From Candidatus Brocadiia bacterium (GTDB lineage Bacteria > Planctomycetota > Brocadiia > CAIUPP01): DNA of 64,000 bases. Shown in pieces: positions 51,684-61,000 of the stretch (its first letter is position 1; every line of letters starts with the position of its first letter). Under the pieces are notes generated by a model. The model ran no database searches and had not been told where the DNA came from. It saw only the letters and a list, made by a program, of their open reading frames with translations. Where the stretch lies: assembly GCA_050015075.1 (NCBI GenBank), contig JBEKCB010000008.1, positions 64,001-128,000 of the forward strand, in the 5' to 3' direction. The position numbers and the translations under genes are program-made.

Positions 51684-51965
51684 TGCAGGACGACGATCGA
51701 AAACCCTGGCTTGGTGGACGCTTATCTGGAACACGAGCATCAGATTAACCTTAGTACGATCGAGGTACTCGGCGACCTCGGCCTGGACTACATCCATAGG
51801 AATGGTTTCTACGAGACCGCGGATTTCTACGGTCGCGCGGTGCGGCAGGTGCTCGATGTCCTCGGCAAGACCGGCCTTATCCTGACGCAGTGTGTCTCGG
51901 CGCACAGCATTATGCCGTGGGAGAGCACACTGGCCACGATAGATGAGTGGCGCACCTTGCGGTAA
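51684..51965 (+). pseudogene. Internally deleted remnant of a uroporphyrinogen decarboxylase-like gene
   Basis: ENPGLVDAYLEHEH...RNGFYETADFYG joined directly to C-terminal AVRQVLDVLGKTGLILTQCVSAHSIMPWES. Confidence 0.55.
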
Positions 51966-52001
51966 AAAAGTGCTTGCCGAGTGTTCGGATGGTGTACGCT
52001 C

Positions 52002-55000
52002 CTAATGGCCCTTGACATAGACCGCCACAGCCGTCGTGGCCGCGGTCATTGTAAACGTAACGGATTTCTGCGCGGCAGGCTGCACCGCGCCGCTCACCGT
52101 CCAATGCGAGAAGGTGTACCCGGCCGGGTCTGTGGCCGGGGCCTGCAGGTTCACGCTCGTCCCATACGCGACTCCGGTCCTCGTGTAGTTCGTCGTGCCG
52201 CCGTGGCCCGTGCTCGAGCTGATGACCTGCTTGACCGGCGGCGTGGACTGCACGGTGAGCGCGTAGCCGATGTTCGATGTGTAGTGCGCCACCGCCGTCA
52301 CGGCCGCGTCCATCGTGAGCGTGATGGACTTCTGCCCGTCAGGCTGCGCCGCGCCGTTCACCGTCCACTGCAAGAAGGTGTATCCGGCCGGGTCTGTCGC
52401 CGGCGCCTGGAGATTCACGCTCGTCCCGTACGCGACCCCGGTCTTCGTGTAGTTCGTCGTGCCGCCGTGCCCTGTGCTGGAGCCGATGACCTGCTTGACC
52501 GGCGGCGTGGACTGCACGGTGAGCGCGTAGCCGACGTTCGCCGTGTACTGCGCCACCGCCGTCACGGCCGCGCTTATCGTGAACGTGACGGATTTCTGCC
52601 CGGGCGTCTGCGCCGCGCCGTCCACCGTCCATTGCGAGAAGGTGTATCCGGCCGGGTCCGTCGCCGGTGCCTGCACGTTCACGCTCGTCCCGTACGCGAC
52701 CCCGGCCTTCGTGTAGTTCGTCGTGCCGCCGTGCCCCGTGCTCGAGCCGATGACCTGCTTGCCCGGCGTCGTGGCCTGCACGGAGAGCGTGTACCCCATG
52801 TTCGCCGTATACTGCGCCACCGCCGTCACGGCTCCATCCATCGTGAACGTGACGGATTTCTGCCCCGGACTCTGCCCCGCGCCGTTCACCGTCCACTGCG
52901 AGAAGGTGTATCCCGCCGGGTCCGTCGCCGGCGCCTGGAGATTCACGCTCGTCCCGTTGCCGACCCCGCCCTTCACGTAGTTCGTCGTGCCGTTCCGGCC
53001 CGTGCTCGAGCTGATGACCAGCCCGGTCGGCGGCGTGGAGTCCACGGTCAGCGTGTAGCCGATGTTCGCTGTGTACTCCGCCACCGCCGTCACGGCCCCA
53101 TCCATCGTGAACGTGACGGATTTCTGCCCGGGCGCCTGCGCCGCGCCGTTCACCGTCCATTGCGAGAAGGTGTATCCGCCCGGGTCCGTCGCCGGCGCCG
53201 CCACGTTCACGCTCGTGCCGTACGCAACGCCGGGCACCGTGTAGTTCGTGATGCCGCCGTCGAACGTGCTCGAGGTGACGACCTGCTTGCCCGGAGGCGT
53301 GGACTGCACGGTGAGCGTGTAGCCGACATTCGCGGTGTAGTGCGCCAGGGCCGTCACGGCCGCGTCCATCGTGAACGTGATGGACTTCTGCCCGTCCGGC
53401 TGCGCCGCCCCGTTCAGCGTCCACTGCGAGAAGGTGTACCCGGCCGGGTCCGTCGCCGGCGCCGCCAGGTTCACGGTCGTCCCGTATGCGACGGTATTCG
53501 CGTAGTTCGTCGTGCCGCTGTTGCCCGTGCTCGAACCGATGGCCTGCTTGCCCGCAGGCGTGGACTGCACCGTCAGCGTGTAGCTGATGTTCGCCGTGTA
53601 GTGCGCCGCCGCCGTCACGGCCGCGTCCATCGTGAACGTGATGGACTTCTGCCCGTCCGGCTGCGCCGCCCCGTTCAGCGTCCACTGCGAGAAGGTGTAT
53701 CCGGCCGGGTCCGTCGCCGGCGCCGCCAGGTTCACGCTGGCGCCGTCCCCGATCCCCGTGATCGTGTAGTTCGTCGTGCCGCTCTGCCCCGTGCTCGAGC
53801 CGATGCCCTGCCCGGCCGGCGGCGTGGACTGCACGGTCAGCGTGTAGCCGTTCAGCGTGTATTGCGCCACCGCCGTCATGCCCCCATCCATCGTGAACGT
53901 GATGGATTTCTCCCCGGCCGTCTGCGCGACGCCGTTCAACGTCCATTGCGAGAAGGTGTATCCGGCCGGGTCCGTCGCCGGCGCTTGCAGGTTCACGCTC
54001 GTCCCATTACCGACGCTCTTATTGGTGTAGTAGTTCGTCGTCCCTTTCTGCCCCGTGCTCGATCCGATGCTCAGCCCGGCCGGCGGCGTGGATTCCACCG
54101 TCAGCGCGTACCCGTTCAGCGTGTACTGCGCCACGGCCGTCATGCCCCCATCCATCGTGAAGGTGATGGATTTCTCCCCGGCCGTCTGCGCCGCGCCGTT
54201 CACCGTCCACTGCGAGAAGGTGTACCCCGCCGGGTCCGTCGCCGGCGCCTGGAGATTCACGCTCGTCCCGTTGCCGACCCCGGCCTTCACGTAGTTCGTC
54301 GTGCCGTTCTGCCCCGTGCTCGAGCTGATGACCAGCCCGGTCGGCGGCGTGGAGTCCACGGTCAGCGCGTAGCCGATGTTCGATGTGTACTCCGCCACCG
54401 CCGTCACGGCCCCGTCCATTGTGAACGTGACGGATTTCTGCCCGGGCGTCTGCGCCGCGCCGTTCACCGTCCATTGCGAGAAGGTGTACCCCGCCGGGTC
54501 CGCCGCCGGCGCCTGGAGATTCACGCTCGTCCCGTTGCCGACCCCGCTCTTCGCGTAGTTCGTCGTGCCGTTCTGCCCCGTGCTCGAGGTGATGACCTGC
54601 TTGGCCGGCGGCGTGGAGTCCACGGTCAGCGTGTAACCGATGTTCGCTGTGTACTCCGCCACCGCCGTCACGGCCCCGTCCATTGTGAACGTGACGGATT
54701 TCTGTCCGGGCGCCTGCGCCGCGCCGTTCACCGTCCATTGCGAGAAGGTGTATCCGGCCGGGTCCGTCGCCGGCGCCGCCACGTTCACGCTCGTGCCGTA
54801 CGCAACGCCGGGGACTGTGTAGTTCGTGATGCCGCCGTCGAACGTGCTCGAGGTGACGACCTGCTTGCCCGGCGGCGTGGACTGCACCGTCAGCGTGTAG
54901 CCGGTGTTCGCTGTGTACTCCGCCACCGCCGTCACCGCCGCATCTATCGTGAACGTGATGGACTTCTGCCCGTCCGGCTGCGCCGCGCCGTTCAGCGTCC

Positions 55001-58000
55001 ACTGCGAGAAGGTGTACCCGGCCGGGTCTGTCGCCGGCGCCGCCAGGTTCACGCTCGTCCCATACGCGATTCCGGTCTTCGTGTAGCTCGTCGTGCCGCC
55101 CTGGCCCGTGCTCGAACCGATGGCCTGCTTGCCCACAGGCGTGGACTGCACCGTCAGCGTGTAGCTGATGTTCGCCGTGTAATGCGCCACCGCCGTCACC
55201 GCCGCATCCATCGTGAACGTGACCGACTTCTGCCCCGGACCCTGCGCCGCGCCGTTCACCGTCCACCGCGAGAAGGTGTACCCGGCCGGGTCTGCGTCCG
55301 GCGCCGCCACGTTCACGCACGTCCCGTTACAGACGCCGGACATCGCGCAGTTCGTCGTGCCGCTATGGCCCGTGCTCGAACCGATGCTCAATCCGGTCGG
55401 CGGTGTGGACTGCATGGAAAGCGTGTAGCCGGTGTTCGGCGTGTACTTCGCCACCGCCGTCACCGCCGCATCCATCGTGAACGTGACCGACTTCTGCCCC
55501 GGACTCTGCGCCGCGCCGTTCACCGTCCATTGCGAGAAACTGTATCCGCCCGGGTCCGTCGCCGGCGCCTGCAGGTTCACGGCCGTGCCGTACCCGACCC
55601 CCGGAATCGTGCACTTCGTCGTGCCGCCCTGGCCCGTGCTCGAACCGATGCTCAGCCCGGTCGGCGGTGTGGATTCCACCGTCAGCGCGTAACTCATGTT
55701 CGATGTGTACTGCGCCACCGCCGTCACCGCCGCGTTCAGGGTGAACGTGACCGACTTCTGCCCCGGACTCTGCGCCGCGCCGTTCACCGTCCATTGCGAG
55801 AAGGTGTATCCGCCCGGGTCCGTCGCCGGCGCTTGCAGGTTCACGCTCGTGCCGTACACGACCGTGTCCGCGTAGTTCGTCGTCCCGTTGTTGCCCGTGC
55901 TCGAAGCGATGCCCAGCCCCGTCGGCGGCGTGGACTGCACGGCCAGCGTGTAAGTCGGCGTGTACTCCGCCACCGCCGTCGCGGCCGCGATCATCGTGAA
56001 CGTGATGGACTTCTGCCCCGCAGTCTGCGCCGCGCCGTTCACCGTCCACTGCGAGAAGACGTACCCGGCCGGGTCCGTCGCCGGCGCCGCCAGGTTCACG
56101 CTCGCCCCGGACGCGACGCCCGGCACCGTGTAGTTCGTCGTCCCGCCGTCGGCGCTGCCCGAAGTGATCACGATCCCGGTCGGCGGCATGGACTGCACGC
56201 TCAGCGCGTAGACCGGCGCGTACTGCGCCACCGCCGTCGCGGCCGCGGGCATCGTGAAGGTGATCGCCTTCTGCCCGGCGGTCTGCGCCGCGCCGTTCAC
56301 CGTCCACTGCGAGAAGACGTACCCGGCCGGGTCCGTCGCCGGCGCCGCCAGGTTCACGCTCGCTCCGTACGACACGCTCGACACGGTATAGTTCGTCGCC
56401 CCGCCGTCGCCCGTGCTCGAACCAATGCGCAGCCCGGTCACCGGCGTGGACTGCACCGTCAGCGCGTAGGTGTTCAGCGTGTACTGTGCTACCGCCGTCG
56501 CGCCCGCGGTCATCGGGAACGTAATGGACTTCTGCCCGGCGGTCTGCGCCGCGCCGTTCACCGTCCACTGAGAGAAGGTGTAGCCGGTCGGGTCCGTCGC
56601 CGGGGTCGCCAGGTTCACGCTCGTGCCGTACCCGACGCCCGTCACGGTGTAGTTCGTCGCCCCACCGTCGGCGCCGCTCGAAGTGACCACGATCCCGGTC
56701 GGCGGCGTGGACTGCACATTCAGCGTGTAGGGGTTCGCCGTGTACTGCGCCACCGCCGTCGTGCCTGCGCTCATCGGGAACGTGATGGACTTCTGCCCGG
56801 CGGTCTGCGCTGCGCCGTTCACCGTCCACTGCGAGAAGGTGTAGCCGGTCGGGTCCGTCGCCGGCGCCGCCAGGTTCACGCTGGTATTATACGCGATGCT
56901 CGACACGGCGTAGTTCGTCGTCCCGCTGTTGCCGCTGGTCGAAGTGATCACGACGCCGGTCGGCGGCGTGGACTGCACCGTCAGCGCGTAGGTATTCACC
57001 GTGTACACCGCCACCGCTGTCATGGCCATCGCGGGCATCGTGGGCGTGATTTCCTTCTCACCCGCAGGCTGCGGCGTTCCGTTCAGAGTCCAGCAAGAGA
57101 AAGTGTAGCCGGTCGGGTCCGTCGCCGGGGCTTGCAGGTCAACGCTTATCCCGTACCCGACGGTATTGGTGTAGCTCGTCGTGCCGTCATTGCCCGTGCT
57201 CGAACCGATGCTGAGCCCGGTCGGCGGCGTGGACTGCACCGTCAGCGTGTAGGTGTTCAGCGTATACTGCGCTACTGCCGTCGCGCCCGCGGTCATTGGG
57301 AACGTAATGGACTTCTGCCCGGCGGCCTGCGCCGCACCGTTCACCGTCCACTGCGAGAACGTGTACCCGGTCGGGTCCGTTGCCGGGGCCGCCAGGTTCA
57401 CACTCGTCGCGTATACGGCGGTACCGGCGTAGTTCGTCGCGCCGCCGTTGCCGCTGGTCGAAGTGATCACGACGCCGGTCGGCGGGGTGGACTGCACGTT
57501 CAGCGTGTAGGAGTTCGCCGTGTACTGCGCCACAGCCACCATGTTCGTGGGCACGGTGAACGTGATGGACTTCTGCCCGGCAGTCTGCGCCGCACTGTTG
57601 ACCGTCCACTGCGAGAATGTGTACCCAAGCGGATCCGTGGCCGGCGCCTGGAGGTTCACGCTCGCGTCGTACCCGACGGTATCGGTGTAGTCCGTCGTGC
57701 CGGCGTTGCCCCTGCTCGAACCGATGCTCAGGCCGGTCGGCGGCGCGGACTGCACCGCCAGGTTGCACGTGCCCTGGAACTCGTAGGCGCCCATGTCCAC
57801 CGCGGGGCCCACGATTCGCGGATTGCCGTCAAGGTCCGTCGTCACGCCTGACGGAACCGCGGCATTGTTGCCGGCGTCAATGCAGGGGCTGCCGGCCCGC
57901 AGCCGGTAATCGCCCGTTGTCGTCGGCGAGAAAAATGCGGCGACGGGCGACACGAACGTCGGGTCAGCGGCGATGTTCGCGCCGCTATCCGTGCCGATCG

Positions 58001-61000
58001 AACTGTTCCATCCAGCCCCGCTGCCGCCGCAGCCGGCAACGTCGCTGTAGCTAAACGTTGCGATGAGAGTATCGTTGCAGACCTCCGCAGCCGTATTGGC
58101 GCTGTCGCCCCACAGGATGCAGTTGGTGACGGTCGCGGAAGAATTGTTGTAAATCCCGCCGCCCTGCGACGCCGCCAGGTTCCCGCTGAAGGTGCAGTTC
58201 GTAATGCTCGGAGAGCCGCCAGCGTTGCACAGCCCGCCACCGTCGTTGCTTGCCGCGTTTCCGCTGAACAGGCAGTTCGTGACGGTCGAGGATGAACCGG
58301 CGTCGTTGCACATCCCGGCGCCGGTGGTTGCCGAGTCACCACTGAACACGCAGTTCGTGAATGTCGGAGAGCAGCTATTGTCGTACACCCCGCCGCCATA
58401 AGACTCTGCTAAGTTGCCGCTGAACGTGCAGTTCGTGACGGTCGGGGAGCAGCCCTGGTTGTACATTCCGCCGCCGTCGCAATGAGGCGCGTTTGAAGCG
58501 CTCGCATTTCCGCCGGTGATCGTGAAACCGTCCAGGACCGCCGTGTTGTTCAGGCTCAGACCGTTGTAAGAGTTATTCTGATATACCACGTGGTAGCAGG
58601 TGTCCCCGCCTGACAGGATCGTGACGTTCGCCGTCCAGTTCCGCTGGCCGAGCAACGTCTCCGTGCCGGCGAAGCCGCCGTAGATGCTGACGCCGTTGAT
58701 CATCTCAAAATGATCGCCCGCCGCGCCGATGCCGAGTCCGTAGTCGCTCGTCGGCGCGTAGGTCCCGGCCGCGACCCATATCTGGTCGCCCGACGCGGCC
58801 GCATTCAGCGCGGACTGGAGCTGGACAAAGGCGTCCGTCCACGAAGTCCCATTGTTCGCGCCGGTCGCGTTCTGCTTCACGTAGATGATGCCGCTGTTCA
58901 GCGTGTACTGCGCTACGGCGCTTGTGGCCGCGGTCAGCGTGAACGCGACAGACCTCGCGCCGGCGGTCTGTGCCGCGCCGTTGATCGTCCAATGCGCGAA
59001 GGTGTACCCGGCCGGGTCCGTCGCCGGCGCCGTCAGGTTCACATTCGTGCCGTAGCCGGCGCTCGGCAGCGTGTAATTCGTCGTCCCGCCATCGGCGCCG
59101 CTGGATGTGACGACGACACCGGCCGGCGGCGTGGACTGCACGCTCAGCGTGTACGTGTTCAGCGTGTACTGCGCCACGGCCAGGATGTTTTGGCTGAAGA
59201 CCTGGACGCGGTTGTTGCCCCTTGCGGTCACATAGACATTACCCGCGCTGTCGAGGGCGAGGCCAGCGGGTTCACTGAATTGTCCCACGCCGTTGCCAAA
59301 GGTGCCCCACTGGGTGATATAAGCGCCGGAGGAGGTAAACTCCTGGATACGGTTATTCATGTTGTCGGCCACGTAGACGTTTCCGGCGCTGCTGACGCCG
59401 ATGCCCCAGGGCCCGTTCTCGAGTAAGAACTGCCCGTCGCCGGTGCCGCTGCTGCCCCACTGGGTGACGAGAGCGCCGCTCGAGGTGAACTTCTCGACGC
59501 GGGTGTTGTACTCGTCGATCACATAGACATTATCCGAGCTGTCGAGAGCGATGCCCGCGGGGGCTTGGGTGCTGGGCCACTGGGTGAGGTACACGCCGGC
59601 GGAGGTGAACACCTGGACGCGATTGTTATTATAGTCGCTCACATAGACATCGCCGGTGATGCGGCTGACGGCGACACCATCGGGCTCCTGGAACTGACCA
59701 TTCGCGGCGCCAAGGCTGCCCCACTGAGTGATGTAAGCGCCGGAGGAGGTAAACTTCTGGATGCGGTTGTTAAACCATTCGGTCACGTAGACATTGCCGA
59801 CGCTGTCGACGGCGATGCCGGCGGGGCCATTGAACTGACCATTGCCGGTGCCGTCGCTGCCCCACTGGCTGACGTATTCACCGCTGGAGGTGAATTTCTG
59901 GATGCGGTTGTTGTAAAAGTCGCACACATAAACATTGCCGGCGTTGTCCAGGGCGATGCCCTCGGGGCTATCGAACTGTCCATTGCCGCTGCCACCACTG
60001 CCCCAGATGGCGTCGGTGTCGGGGGCTGGGAACGTCACGGACTTCTGCCCGGCGGTCAGCGCCGCGCCGTTCAACGTCCATTGCGAGAAGGTGTACCCGG
60101 TCGGGTCCGTTGCCGGGGCCACGAGGTTCACGCTGGCCCCTGATGTCATTCGCAGCACGCTATAGTTGGTCGTTCCGCCGTCGCCCGTGCTCGAAGCGAT
60201 TCCCAGCCCGGTCATCGGCATGGACTGGACGTTGAGCGTGTAACTGGTATACTCCGCGACCGCCGTCGTGGCCCCAGTCAACGTGAACGTGATGGAACTC
60301 TGCCCGGGAGTCTGCCCCACGCCGTTCACCGTCCATTCCGAGAAGGTGTAAACCCCGCTCAAGTCCGTCGCCGGGGCCTGCAGGTTCACGCTCGTTCCGT
60401 AAGCGACGCTCGACACGGTGTAGTTCGCCGTCCCGCCGTAGGCGCCGCTCGAAGTGATCACGATCCCGGCCGGCGGCGTGGACTGCACCGTCAGCGTATA
60501 GGTGTTCACCGTGTACTGCGCCACCGCCGTCGTGGCTGCAGTCATCGTGAACGTGATGGACTTCGCCCCGGCGGTTTGCGCCGTACCGTTCACCGTCCAC
60601 TGCCAGAAGGTGTACCCGGTCGGGTCCGTCGCCGGGGCCGCCAGGTTCACGCTCGTCCCGTACGCGACGCCCGACATTGTGTAGTTCGACGTCCCGCCGT
60701 CGGCCGTACTTGAAGTGATAACGATCCCCGTCGCCGGCGTGGACTGCACCGTCAGCGCGTAGGTGTTCAGCGTGTATTGCGCCACCGCCGTTGTGGCCGC
60801 AGTCATCGTGAACGTGATCGCCTTCTGCCCGGCGGTCTGCGCCGCGCCGTTCACCGTCCACTGCGAGAAGGTGTACCCGGTCGGGTCCGTCGCCGGCGCC
60901 ACCAGGTTCACGCTCGTCCCGTACGCAACGCTCGACACGGTGTAGTTCGTCGTGCCGCCGTCGGCACCGCTCGAGGTGACCGCGACGCCGGTGAGCGGCG

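Noticed and set aside
51981-57851. 1956-aa plus-strand Arg-rich ORF and other long overlapping ORFs
   Set aside because: Antisense or off-frame shadows of the GC-rich repetitive giant gene; composition is not protein-like
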